This document shows positions 46,874-56,907 of a stretch of DNA of 64,000 nt, one piece after another. The notes beneath the pieces were generated by a model that saw only the letters and a program-made list of their open reading frames with translations, did no database searches and was not told the DNA's origin. Every line of letters starts with the position of its first letter. Within the stretch, counting starts at the first letter, position 1. Origin of the DNA: Dehalococcoidia bacterium (GTDB taxonomy: Bacteria; Chloroflexota; Dehalococcoidia; Plut-88900); the NCBI GenBank assembly GCA_965207225.1, contig CBDBLV010000005.1, positions 256,001 through 320,000 of the forward strand. The letters are read 5' to 3'. The position numbers were made by a program, and so were the translations under genes.

Positions 46874-48218
46874 CAAGGGCGAGTTAATCGGCGAATGGGA
46901 ACTCATAGAATTTCTCGGCCAAGGTGGTAACGCGGAAGTTTGGCGGGCAACCAAGGGCGAAGAAATCATTGCTCTAAAGATCCTTAAACAGAAGAAGGCA
47001 GACTCAGAATCCTACCAGCGATTTCGTCAAGAGATTCAGGCGCTCAGAAGGATCGGTGCTCACCCTGGCATCATGCCGTTGCTTGACGCCGATCTTCCGA
47101 ATCTCCCCACAAAAGCCCGTCCAGCCTGGTTGGGTATGCCTATTGCGACCCCTCTGGCTCAGGCGCTATCGAATTCTTCCCTTCGCGAGGTCGTAGTCGC
47201 GGTTGCTGAAATAGCGAATACCCTAACGTACCTGCATGAGCAATTTTACATACACCACAGGGATATCAAGCCTACAAACCTGTACCTGCATAATGGACGC
47301 CCAACAATTTCTGATTTCGGACTCGCTGACATTCCTGATTCAGAAGATTTTACGGTTGCTGGACAACCTCTCGGGCCTAAGTTCTTCATTGCATATGAGA
47401 TGATTGCTGATCCATCTGAGGCAGAATCTGGACCTTCGGACGTCTTTTCGTTGGCAAAAACGCTATGGGTACTATGTGTAGATCAGCGTTGGCCCCCACA
47501 GGGTGAGCAGAAGGCTACAAATGAGGCGTATTCAATCGACAAATACCGACCTCATCCCCTTTCTCATCAACTCGATAAGCTAATTGAGCGGTGCACCCGG
47601 CACAAGCCCCAAGCGCGGCCTTCAATGAAGGAGGTTGCAGATGATTTGATTGGCTGGATAGCACTAGATGATGCCACCCCTCAGCAGGCAGTCGACTTAT
47701 CGGAGAAATGGAGCAAACTCCGAGAAACTGCAGAACCGAAACTTCGTCAAGTCCGCAAGGAGACCGAACAACTGCAATGTTTCCGAGCTGCTGTTCGAAA
47801 GTTCCAAGAACTAATTGAGCCGCTGCACAGCGAGATTCGCCAACAATACCCTGCAGCAGAGTTTAACCAACGTCGAAAATTCATAGATTCGTTCTTTTAC
47901 GAATTTCACAAGCACGAAGTAACTAACGAAGATATCAGAGCAACTATACTCTCGGGATCTGGCTGGAATCCTATCCTGCTCGCTATCGGGATCGCCATTC
48001 GGACTCGGTCGGACGGTGATTTGGAGTTCGGTGGGATGTTTTATTTGGGTCAGACGGAGACTATGGGGGGGAAAATTGACTTCTGGCAGTCAGAGCGTCA
48101 GAGGATTCCCTGCGGTTCCATTGCTCTTGAAGCCAAGCTCTCACAATTGGCTACCGAGATGCAAGCTTTGTTTCCTTCGTGGCTGGACAAGTTTATATTG
48201 GCTCTAGCAAGTGCATAG
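46860..48218 (+). CDS. serine/threonine protein kinase with uncharacterised C-terminal domain
   Basis: LGQGGNAEVW, ALK, RFRQE, HRDIKPTN, DFG, DVFSL; ATG overlaps the end of the upstream gene. Confidence 0.9.
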   Translation: MPRHNKGELIGEWELIEFLGQGGNAEVWRATKGEEIIALKILKQKKADSESYQRFRQEIQALRRIGAHPGIMPLLDADLPNLPTKARPAWLGMPIATPLAQALSNSSLREVVVAVAEIANTLTYLHEQFYIHHRDIKPTNLYLHNGRPTISDFGLADIPDSEDFTVAGQPLGPKFFIAYEMIADPSEAESGPSDVFSLAKTLWVLCVDQRWPPQGEQKATNEAYSIDKYRPHPLSHQLDKLIERCTRHKPQARPSMKEVADDLIGWIALDDATPQQAVDLSEKWSKLRETAEPKLRQVRKETEQLQCFRAAVRKFQELIEPLHSEIRQQYPAAEFNQRRKFIDSFFYEFHKHEVTNEDIRATILSGSGWNPILLAIGIAIRTRSDGDLEFGGMFYLGQTETMGGKIDFWQSERQRIPCGSIALEAKLSQLATEMQALFPSWLDKFILALASA

Positions 48219-48318
48219 CCATGATTGTTCCTTACGTCCTCTGCTCTCTTCTCCTCTAACCCGTTGCCGACCCCCTCACCCAGGGAAGGCCGGCCCCCTT
48301 TTTACGCCCCTTTAGTTC

Positions 48319-48960
48319 CTATGCACTCAATCGGAACGGAGGGTACCTGTCCGTCGTCAGCAGGAACGCGTACGCCCCGACCCGGTAGCTCCACCTCATC
48401 ACCCCGACAACGAAGTTGAACAGCGCCTCGGGATACCGGCCCAGGACCAGAATCGACAGCCAGGCCAGTATCGTAGCCACTATAGCCAGCGCACACAGGA
48501 TGGCCAGAATGATGTAGTGCGGGATCGCCAGCAGCCACTTGAAGATCGGCAGGACCCGGTTCAGCTCGGTCTCGGCGTTCGGATACTCGATCTGCAGATG
48601 TACCGACTGCTCTTCATCCGTGGACGGGTACTCGTCACGGAGTACCAGGATGAACGACTCGATCCTCGTCGTGAACCGGCTCAGCTCCAGGTTCCAGTCG
48701 AACCACCACTTGGGGTACTTCTTGCGGAACACGATCATCAGCAGCGGCCCGATCCACAGGACGCCACCGGCATATAGAGGCGCAAACGACTCGGTCAATT
48801 CCGCGTCTCCCATGTCGATATGCCCACCTATTGCGGCGCCCACGATAACGATCGGTATCGCCAGGATCAATCTGAACAGGACCGACAGCCGGTTCCTTGA
48901 CTCCGGATAGTCGACGGAAAACTGGACCGGGTAGTCGGAACTCGCTCCACTTTGAGCCAT
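48319..48960 (-). CDS. DUF4389-family membrane protein
   Basis: Duplicated RL.LAIP...YP..F.F...R...Y..L.TD.YPPF unit. Confidence 0.85.
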   Translation of the reverse strand: MAQSGASSDYPVQFSVDYPESRNRLSVLFRLILAIPIVIVGAAIGGHIDMGDAELTESFAPLYAGGVLWIGPLLMIVFRKKYPKWWFDWNLELSRFTTRIESFILVLRDEYPSTDEEQSVHLQIEYPNAETELNRVLPIFKWLLAIPHYIILAILCALAIVATILAWLSILVLGRYPEALFNFVVGVMRWSYRVGAYAFLLTTDRYPPFRLSA

Positions 48961-49117
48961 ATAAAACCCCCTATTGGAATTTGGAAACCCAGCCTATATT
49001 TACCCGCCGCTCAGCATAACAGAAGGGGGCTTCATGCCAAACCATCCCCAAAAAGAAGGACCGACCCCCCATTCAGGCGGGCCGGCCCCTCTGCGCCGTG
49101 TATCTTAAATCAGGCGT

Positions 49118-50446
49118 CTATGCTTCCGCTTCGACCGCCTTCAAAGACTCGTCGATGATCGACACTATCTCGTCCGCCTCGTCCCGGGTCAGGGTGAGGG
49201 GTGGGGCCAGGTAGAGGTACGGCTCCGTCCGGGTCAGCATGCCCCGGGCCTCGAGCTCCTGCACCAGCTTCTTCAGCTTCGGCGCACCCTTCTCGAACGG
49301 CTTGCCCGTGGCCTTGTCCTCCACGAATTCGATCGAGAGCATTAGGCCCTTGCCGTGCACTTCGCTGACTATGGAGTGCTCTTTCAGCGTCTCCAGCTGG
49401 CCCTTGAGGTACGCGCCCGTCTCCGCCGAGTTCTGCACCAGGTTCTCCCGCTCCATGATCTCCAGGTTGGCGACCGCCGCCGCCGCCCCCGCCGGGTGCC
49501 CCGAGTACGTGTACCCGTGGGTGAACGTCTTGTCCGCATCGCCCTTGAATGCGTCGTAGACCTTCGGGGTAACCATCACACCCCCGACCGGCTGGTAGCC
49601 GCTGGTCACGCCCTTGGCGAAGGTCATCAGGTCGGCGGTCACCCCCCAGTGCTCCATCGCGAACATCTTGCCCGTCCGCCCGAAGCCCGTGATCACCTCG
49701 TCGGCGACCATCAGGACACCGTACCGGTCGCAGATCTCCCGCAGCTTGGGCCAGTAGTCGTCATCGGGGACCTTCATGCCCTTGGGCACGGAGATTGGCT
49801 CGGTGATGAAACCTGCTATCGTCTCGGGGCCCTCGAACTTGATCAGGTCCTCGACCTCTTCCGCCGTCTCCCCGACAAACTTGGTGTCGATAAGCATCGG
49901 GTCCCAGATGTCCCGGTGCACCACTGGTGAGCTGTTCATGCTCAGCGCGCCCATGCTCACCCCGTGGTAAGACCCGCGCCGTGCGATGAACTTGGTGCGT
50001 CGGGGCTCGCCGTTGTTCACGTGATACTGCCGGATGATCTTCAGCGCCGTGTCAACCGCCTCGGAGCCGCCGCTGGCCAGGAAGACCCTGTCCAGGTCCC
50101 CGGGCGCCAGCTCGGCCAGCTTCTCGGCCAGCTTGATGGTCGGGACTGCGGGGTACATGAACGTGTTGGCGTAATGGACCGCGCTCAGCTGGTCGGCCAC
50201 CGCCTCCGCGATCTCCGTGCGCCCGTGGCCTACGTTCACCAGGAACAGCCCGCCTATCGCGTCGATATACGATTTGCCGTCGCTGTCGGTCATCCGGATC
50301 CCGTCACCCTCGACGATGACCTGCGGGCCACCTTTGCTCAGCAGGTCGTTGTACTGTGTGAAGGGCATCCACAGGTGGTCCATGGCGGCCTGTTTCAGGT
50401 CGCCGAAATCCACATCGGCATAAGTTTTGCCGTTTGACTTTGCCAT
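49118..50446 (-). CDS. class III PLP-dependent aminotransferase
   Basis: SGGSEAVD, SYHG, DEVITGFGRTG, FAKGVTSGY, HGYTYSGHP; AGGAGG RBS. Confidence 0.94.
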   Translation of the reverse strand: MAKSNGKTYADVDFGDLKQAAMDHLWMPFTQYNDLLSKGGPQVIVEGDGIRMTDSDGKSYIDAIGGLFLVNVGHGRTEIAEAVADQLSAVHYANTFMYPAVPTIKLAEKLAELAPGDLDRVFLASGGSEAVDTALKIIRQYHVNNGEPRRTKFIARRGSYHGVSMGALSMNSSPVVHRDIWDPMLIDTKFVGETAEEVEDLIKFEGPETIAGFITEPISVPKGMKVPDDDYWPKLREICDRYGVLMVADEVITGFGRTGKMFAMEHWGVTADLMTFAKGVTSGYQPVGGVMVTPKVYDAFKGDADKTFTHGYTYSGHPAGAAAAVANLEIMERENLVQNSAETGAYLKGQLETLKEHSIVSEVHGKGLMLSIEFVEDKATGKPFEKGAPKLKKLVQELEARGMLTRTEPYLYLAPPLTLTRDEADEIVSIIDESLKAVEAEA

Positions 50447-50844
50447 TGGGTTCCTCCTTAAAAGGTCCGTCACCGGAACAATTGGGGGCATTATACACCC
50501 GACGCCTTGCCCCGCCACCCGAGATATAGCTGGCCGTTCAACCGTCGCTATCAGTCCCGAAACTTCGGGCCATAACCCTCTTCCCGGAACTTGTCGATGT
50601 CGAATGGGGGGTGGTCGGGAGGAATCTTGTCCCTCAATCCCCCAAGCATCGACAGGTCAATCTTCCGTTTTGGCGCTTTCTTGTCTTCCTTCTCTGTATC
50701 CATAGCTGAAGGTTAGTTTTGCTAGGCATGGGAGTCAAGACTGCATCGGTGAATAGCCATCGCTTCCCCACCCCCCCAATACGAAACTAAGAAATACTTG
50801 GTATCATGGCGCGCAGGCAAAAGGTTGAGTTCAGGAGGAGACCC

Positions 50845-51288
50845 GTGGCAGCGCTAAAGGTCCTGACCGCCCTATACCTGGTCCTGGTGGGAGCAGCCGT
50901 CGCCGTCCACTTCATCGTCGGCCTCTTCTATGACCCCGCCCTGGAAGGAACAGGCGCTACCGTCTGGCGAATCCTCGACCCCTTGATGGTCGCCGGTGTG
51001 TTCATCGTCATGCTCCTGGCCCTTGGTGCCAAGCGCCGCCGGGACGCCGACCCCGACAACGCCTCCATCGACCGACACTACCTGGAGGCCAACTTCACTT
51101 ACTACTTCTCCGTTGTCCTGCTCCTGGTCCTCCTCTGGAACTGGATCTCCTCCGAGTGGGTCGAGCCCGCCCAGGACATGTCCCTGCTCTGGATATTCAT
51201 CGACACCACCGTTCCCCCGCTCCTCGGCGCCGTCGGGTCCCGGCTCCTGCGTGGCGACTCCGCCTTCGATTGCTTCCCGAAACAATAA
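50845..51288 (+). CDS. hypothetical 4-TM membrane protein
   Basis: AGGAGG RBS before GTG; four hydrophobic segments. Confidence 0.7.
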   Translation: MAALKVLTALYLVLVGAAVAVHFIVGLFYDPALEGTGATVWRILDPLMVAGVFIVMLLALGAKRRRDADPDNASIDRHYLEANFTYYFSVVLLLVLLWNWISSEWVEPAQDMSLLWIFIDTTVPPLLGAVGSRLLRGDSAFDCFPKQ

Positions 51289-51306
51289 CCCTTCCACATT
51301 TTGACT

Positions 51307-53028
51307 ATGTTTAAGAACATTCCTCTAAGCAGACGCCTGAGCCTCGGAGTAGCTGCCCTGCTAGTCGCCATTGCCCTCTTCGTCATCTTCCGCCCCGAAG
51401 GGGACAGGACTCTGAACATCCTCTACTGGCAGGCTCCCTCCACCCTGAACCCTTACCTCTCCGGCGGATTCAAGGACCGCGACGCCGCAGCCATCACCCT
51501 CCAGCCTCTGGCCTACTACGACCCCGACGGCACCCTCGTCCCGGCCCTCGCCGCCGATATCCCGACCGTCCGCAACGGCGGTATCTCCCAGCACCTGACC
51601 TCCATCACCTGGAAGCTCCAGGATGGCCTGAAGTGGTCCGACGGCAGCGACCTCACCGCCCACGACTTCGTTTTCACCTGGCGCTACTGCATGGACGAGG
51701 CCACCGGCTGCACTGAGGCCAGCTCTTTCGTAGACATAACCTCCGTAGAAGCCCCCGACGACCTCACGGTCAGGATCAACTTCCACGCCCCCACCCCCTA
51801 CCCCTACTCCGCTTTCGTCGGTGCTGGGTTGCCTGTGCTTAGCCGGGCCCAGTTCGCCGACTGCGTCGGGGCCGCTGCTTCCGGCTGCGACGACCAGAAC
51901 TTCGCCCCCCTCGGCCCGGGCCCCTACCGCGTCGTCACCTTCTTCCCCGACGATCACGCCGTGTACGAGCGCAACCCCCACTATTACGGTGACAAGCCCT
52001 ACTTCAAGAGCGTCATCCTCAAGGGCGGCGGCGATGCCCTCTCCGCCGCCAGGTCCGTCTTGGAGGAGGGAGAAGCCGACTATGCCTGGAACCTGCAGAT
52101 AGATCCCGAGTCCCTCGCCGAGCTCGAATCCGTGGGCAAAGGTAAGGTCGTATCCGCCTTTGCAAGCCTCGTGGAGCGCATCGTCCTTAACCAGACTAAC
52201 TCAGACCCTGCCCTCGGCCAAGACCGCTCAGAGTACCTGGAAGGCGCTAATCCTCATCCCTTGCTTACCTTCACCCCCATCGCCCAGGCCATGTCTATGG
52301 CCATAGACCGCACCACAATCTCCGAGCGGCTCTACGGCTTCGCCGGCAAGTCCGCCTGCAACCTCATCGTCGGCCCCCCGGCCTACGTCTCCACCGCTAA
52401 CGACGCCTGCCTGACTCAGGACATCAGGGGCGCCAACAAGCTCCTGGACGACAACGGCGTCATAGATATTGATGGTGACGGCATCCGGGAATACGACGGC
52501 ATTCCCCTGCGCTTCACCTATCAGACCTCCACCAATGAGGTCCGACAGGAGACCCAGGCCCTCGTACGTGGTTGGTGGAGGGAGATTGGCGTCGAGGCCG
52601 AGCTAATCGACCATGACGCCGCTGTCTTCTTCGGCGGCGACCCCGTGGAAGACAAAGAAGCCGTCTATTCCCGCTTCTTCGCCGACCTCCAGATGTACGC
52701 CACGGGCCCCGACATCGACCCCCAGCAGTACCTCGTCGGCCTCACCTGCGACCAAATCCCCGACCAGGACAACGGCTGGGGCGGCAGCAACGTCCCCAGG
52801 GCCTGCAACCCCGAGTTTGATCAGCTGGCCGAGGAGCTCGCACACACCCCCGTTGGCCCCGACCGCTCCACCCTCGTCCGGCGTATGAACGACATCCTCG
52901 TCCAGAGCTACTACGAGATTCCCCTGGTCAACCGGGGCATCGTCTCCGCCCACTTGAATGCCCTTCAGGGTGTCCGCTTTAACGGCTGGGACAGCGAACT
53001 CTGGAACATCGCCGAGTGGCGGCGTTGA
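51307..53028 (+). CDS. peptide ABC transporter substrate-binding protein (family 5), no permeases adjacent
   Basis: LYWQAPSTLNPYL, LKWSDG..TAHDFVFTW, GPGPY, WN...W C-terminus. Confidence 0.92.
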   Translation: MFKNIPLSRRLSLGVAALLVAIALFVIFRPEGDRTLNILYWQAPSTLNPYLSGGFKDRDAAAITLQPLAYYDPDGTLVPALAADIPTVRNGGISQHLTSITWKLQDGLKWSDGSDLTAHDFVFTWRYCMDEATGCTEASSFVDITSVEAPDDLTVRINFHAPTPYPYSAFVGAGLPVLSRAQFADCVGAAASGCDDQNFAPLGPGPYRVVTFFPDDHAVYERNPHYYGDKPYFKSVILKGGGDALSAARSVLEEGEADYAWNLQIDPESLAELESVGKGKVVSAFASLVERIVLNQTNSDPALGQDRSEYLEGANPHPLLTFTPIAQAMSMAIDRTTISERLYGFAGKSACNLIVGPPAYVSTANDACLTQDIRGANKLLDDNGVIDIDGDGIREYDGIPLRFTYQTSTNEVRQETQALVRGWWREIGVEAELIDHDAAVFFGGDPVEDKEAVYSRFFADLQMYATGPDIDPQQYLVGLTCDQIPDQDNGWGGSNVPRACNPEFDQLAEELAHTPVGPDRSTLVRRMNDILVQSYYEIPLVNRGIVSAHLNALQGVRFNGWDSELWNIAEWRR

Positions 53029-53165
53029 ACGTCTTCCGGCTCTCATCTATTTCCATGCCGTGTGGGTTGTCATTTGTGACGCGATTCGCTATATAATGGT
53101 AACCCGCAGAGCCACAGCGGCTCAGGAGGAAAGCTTTCTCACTGCCTCTGCGCAGGAGGACATCG

Positions 53166-53501
53166 ATGAATGTAGACTTTGAGAGACAAGACGGCAATCT
53201 GATAGCTTCCGTTGTGGGTAGCGTGGACGGCACCAACGCAGCGGAATTCCAGGCAACCCTCCAGGGAGCGGTCCAGGACGAAGACAAAGGGATGCTTCTG
53301 GACTTCGAGAGTCTGGAGTACATCAGCAGTGCCGGCCTCCGAGTCCTCTTGCTGATTGCCAAGGAAATGCAGAGGAAGGCCTCCAATTTCGCCGTTTGCT
53401 CCCTCTCGGGCCAGGTCCGGGAGCTCTTCACCGTCAGCGGCTTCGACCAGATTATTTCCATCCACAACAACCAGAAGGACGCCCTCAAGTCCTTCAACTA
53501 G
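53166..53501 (+). CDS. STAS-domain anti-sigma factor antagonist
   Basis: LEYISSAGLRVLL, ELFTVSGF; AGGAGG RBS. Confidence 0.92.
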   Translation: MNVDFERQDGNLIASVVGSVDGTNAAEFQATLQGAVQDEDKGMLLDFESLEYISSAGLRVLLLIAKEMQRKASNFAVCSLSGQVRELFTVSGFDQIISIHNNQKDALKSFN

Positions 53502-53527
53502 CCCCCGACCCGCATCTGAACAACAGC

Positions 53528-53565
53528 AACGGGCGCCCGACCTATGCCGGGCGCCCGTTCTCTTT
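53528..53565. terminator. hairpin terminator between convergent genes
   Basis: AACGGGCGCCC-loop-GGGCGCCCGTT followed by CTCTTT. Confidence 0.7.
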
Positions 53566-53585
53566 GCCCTTCTTGTTACGCTGCC

Positions 53586-54236
53586 CTAGTACAGGTGCGG
53601 CTGCATCGAGGATATCACCGTCAACTCGATGTCCCTGATCGCTTGGGACATCGCCTGCCCGATTATGTCCAGCTTCCTCACCTGCTCTATACGCCCCGCC
53701 ACCTGTCCTAACTGCCGCTTGGACAGCAACTCCCGGAAGATCCCGCACGCGTCCACCAGGCAGATGATCATTATGTCCCGGGGCCCGGGTATCATCTCGC
53801 TGAACAGCACCTCCATGATCCGGAGCTTCACTTCCCGTTCTGCCTGCCCGTCCACCATCGGGTAGCGCCGGGAGCGGAACATCCACATGAACCGGTCGTC
53901 CTGCCGCTCCAGTATCCCCTCGTTCACCAGCCTGTTCAGCGCCTCCTCCCGGACTTCGGGGCCCTTTTCGGCCAGGTGCTCCAGCCAGTAGCGCGTGTCC
54001 TTCTGCTCGGAAGCTGCTATCTCCGCCAGCGCCGGGTCCAAAAGGCTGTCCCCGACAGGCGAGGAGTCGACGAGGATCAGGTTCTCCAGGTCCGTGTCGA
54101 TCCGGTTCTCCATGGCCAGGTCCATCAAGATGCCCCCCGCCAGGGCGTAGTTCAGCGACCACCTCGGGATCCGAACGAACCTGCCGTCCTCGTCATCCAG
54201 GAGAATCAGGATGATCTCTTCAGCAAATCTAAGCAC
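53586..54236 (-). CDS. GPP34/GOLPH3-family protein
   Basis: LRFAEEIILILLD..G, LAGGILMDLA..RI, TGD-like VGDSLLD, LVNEGIL. Confidence 0.85.
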   Translation of the reverse strand: MLRFAEEIILILLDDEDGRFVRIPRWSLNYALAGGILMDLAMENRIDTDLENLILVDSSPVGDSLLDPALAEIAASEQKDTRYWLEHLAEKGPEVREEALNRLVNEGILERQDDRFMWMFRSRRYPMVDGQAEREVKLRIMEVLFSEMIPGPRDIMIICLVDACGIFRELLSKRQLGQVAGRIEQVRKLDIIGQAMSQAIRDIELTVISSMQPHLY

Positions 54237-54304
54237 TTTTACTGTCCTCTTCCCGCCAGGAACGGGGCAGTTTGACTAATTTTATACTACCCGCCCCCTA
54301 CCCG

Positions 54305-55720
54305 CTACCTTTCGGCGAGCTCCTGTATCATCTCCATCGTGAGCTCCGCTGACTGTGCGATTGGCTCGTATTCCAGGTGCTCCACCGTGTCCCGAGGCGA
54401 GTTGATATAGGTCACGTCGTCGGCGAACAGGAACACCGCCTCCACCCCCGCCGACATGAATGCCACGTGGTCGGACCCGTACCCCGGGGGCAGCTCGAAG
54501 GTCAGCACCTCGATCCCGACTCCCGCCCCCGTCTCTGCCGCAAACTCCACCATCGCCTCCGACCCGATGGCCGTCAGGGCCCCCGCCCCGACCACGTCCA
54601 GGTTGATCATCCCCATTATCCGGTCCAACTCCTCCTCTTCCAGCCCCCCGACATACGCAAAGCTCCCGTTCAGCCCCGTCTCCTCCGCCCCGAACATCAC
54701 GAACCTCAGGTCGAAGGGCAGTTCGTCGTCGGCCAGCTCCTCGGCGATGGTAAGGGCCACCGCGACCCCCGACCCATTATCATTCGCGCCCTGTGTGTCG
54801 GGCGTCGTGTCGTAGTGCGCCCCGACCACCAGCACCTCGTCATCCTCGATGTCGTTGTTAAGCTCCGCGATGATATTTCTGGAAGGTTGCGGGAACAACG
54901 GCGTCTTGTTGACCCGGGCCTCGACCTCGACACCACTCTCCACCATTCGCGCCAGCCCGTTCCCCTCCTGTACCCCGATGGTTATCGCCGGAATGCTCGT
55001 TTCGTCAAGTATCCTGTCCCAGATCGCCGTCCCCCCCGCCTCCCGGCTGAAGAGCACCACCGCCTCCGCCCCCGACTCCGCCGCCCCTTCCACTTTGTCC
55101 TGCAGCGTGTTATCACCCCCCATTTCGATGAGCACGATTCTGCCCGTCAGGTCCACCCCCGAGAAATCCTCTTTCGTACCCTGGCCCGCATATGCCAGGG
55201 TGCCGTCTATCCCGTAACCCTGCGCCCTTCGGGTAGAAGGGTCGACCGGGAAGGCAAACATCCACACCTCTTCTCCGGGCGCCCTTCCCAACAGGATGCG
55301 CCCGACATCCGACCGCTCCGGCACCCGTATCATCAGCCTTACAGCCTCCGAGATTTCGATAGCCTCGAACTCCTCCAGCCCCACCTCATACCCCCACCCC
55401 GAGAACCGACCCGCCAGCCATTCCGCCGCCCGCAACTCCTCCTCCGTCGCGCTCTCCCTGGGACTCAGCTCCTCCGCCAGCATCAGCGTCGTCTCCCACG
55501 CCCTTTCCCCCAGAGATGTCTCGGACTGCGTAGCCGGGGCCTGGGTAGGGGCGACCGCCGTGGGAGGCTCAGCAGTAGCAACAGGCATCGATGTAGGGGC
55601 CGCGGTAGGCATCGGCGTAGATGCCTCCCCCCCGCACCCCACCACCAGAGCCAAGACCAGCAGCCCGGCCAGGGCCAGTAAGGTAAGTCGTAAGAAACGG
55701 GCTTTCGTAGAAGACTCCAT
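54305..55720 (-). CDS. M28-family metallopeptidase lipoprotein with PA domain
   Basis: Lipobox VVGC; GAHYDT, GANDNGSG, GAEETGL, NLDVVG, SDH. Confidence 0.92.
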   Translation of the reverse strand: MESSTKARFLRLTLLALAGLLVLALVVGCGGEASTPMPTAAPTSMPVATAEPPTAVAPTQAPATQSETSLGERAWETTLMLAEELSPRESATEEELRAAEWLAGRFSGWGYEVGLEEFEAIEISEAVRLMIRVPERSDVGRILLGRAPGEEVWMFAFPVDPSTRRAQGYGIDGTLAYAGQGTKEDFSGVDLTGRIVLIEMGGDNTLQDKVEGAAESGAEAVVLFSREAGGTAIWDRILDETSIPAITIGVQEGNGLARMVESGVEVEARVNKTPLFPQPSRNIIAELNNDIEDDEVLVVGAHYDTTPDTQGANDNGSGVAVALTIAEELADDELPFDLRFVMFGAEETGLNGSFAYVGGLEEEELDRIMGMINLDVVGAGALTAIGSEAMVEFAAETGAGVGIEVLTFELPPGYGSDHVAFMSAGVEAVFLFADDVTYINSPRDTVEHLEYEPIAQSAELTMEMIQELAER

Positions 55721-55785
55721 ACATAGAGTCTAACGATGGGCCGGGGGTGGGGTTACGCCGCTGGCCGCCACCTCCTCGCCCCCCC

Positions 55786-56047
55786 CAGTACTGAACTAGA
55801 GTCAGACCCCATGTGCCTTAGCACATGGGGTCTGACTCTGTTCTTATCTCCCCCTCTCCCTTAGAGGCCCTAAGGGAGAGGGGGATACAGGGTGTGAGGG
55901 TTCCCCTGTGGGGCGGGGAGCCTCCCCCTCAGTACCAAACTAGAGGCATGCACCTGCGCCATGGCGCAGGTGCATGCCTCTGTTTTTTCTTCCCCCTCTC
56001 CCTTAAAGGCCCTAAGGGAGAGGGGGATACAGGGGGTGAGGGTTCCC
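55786..56047 (+). repeat. two tandem family C elements (period 144 bp) carrying different perfect hairpins
   Basis: Hairpins at 55798-55839 and 55942-55981, each followed by the conserved second hairpin. Confidence 0.88.
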
Positions 56048-56058
56048 TTCCCCCACCC

Positions 56059-56622
56059 CTAGAAATACTTATCAATCCCCCCGTACCCTATCTGCCTCCC
56101 CTTCTCGCTCGCCCTTATCAGGTTCTCCAGCCGACTCGCGAACACCTCCGGCCGGGCCCGTGCCCCGTCTATGTATGCCACCCGGATCCGCTGGTAAGCC
56201 TGCGAGCAGCCCTGGAAATACTCCCACGCCTCCTCATTCGACCGGATCGCCTCCAGGATATCCGGGGGAAACACGAACTCCTCCTTCAGTACCTCCTCCA
56301 CCGACTCCCACACCGAGGGATGCAGCAGGCCCTCCTCCGCCAGCCAGCGAAGCCTCTCCTTGTTCTGCTGCGAGTAGCCACTCCTGGGTTTCCGAGGCGA
56401 GAAGCGCTACACCGCCCGCAGGGGGTCCAGCTTCTTGATGATGCTGTCTATCCACCCGAAGCACAGGGCCTCCTCCACCGCATCGTTGTACAGGATGCGA
56501 GGCTCCCCCGACCCCTTGTTCGGATAGACCAGCCAAATCTCCCCCGCCGACTCGAAATTAGCCTCCAGCCACCTCCGCCACTCCCCCCTCTCGACAACAT
56601 ACAGCCTCTCCCCTATCTCCAT
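56059..56622 (-). pseudogene. YdeI/OmpD-associated family protein with in-frame TAG at 56407-56409
   Basis: AVEEALCFGWIDS...LRAV*RFSPRKPRSGYSQQNKERL continues in frame into ORF 56059..56313. Confidence 0.8.
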
Positions 56623-56907
56623 GGAAATATCCCTCCCTTAGCCTCCGTCTAATGACAGAAAAACCTACATAGCAGGCAAGTTCCTGGGCTCTGGGCCTTG
56701 CCTGCCTGATCGTTGACTTAGTTCGCAATCGTCCATATGGGTGAGGTCCACCGGCGAATCCGTGCGGCTGGCAAGATTCCCTATCTCCTTCAAATGTTAC
56801 GTACACTTCTGAACCAGAAGGGTGGTAAATCTTTAACGTGTGCCGTATGTCTCTCTTAACTCAGCACTTAAGGATGATTGGAAGGCTACAAATGATGAAT
56901 TCACAAG

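Noticed and set aside
55786-56047. CRISPR repeat-spacer units or integron attC sites
   Set aside because: The variable parts are self-complementary hairpins, not spacers; there are no RYYYAAC/GTTRRRY ends with extrahelical bases and no integrase or cas gene in the window.
56407-56409. Genome-wide TAG reassignment
   Set aside because: Many intact genes here (e.g. glnS, fdhA, guaB3) end at TAG at their expected C-termini.
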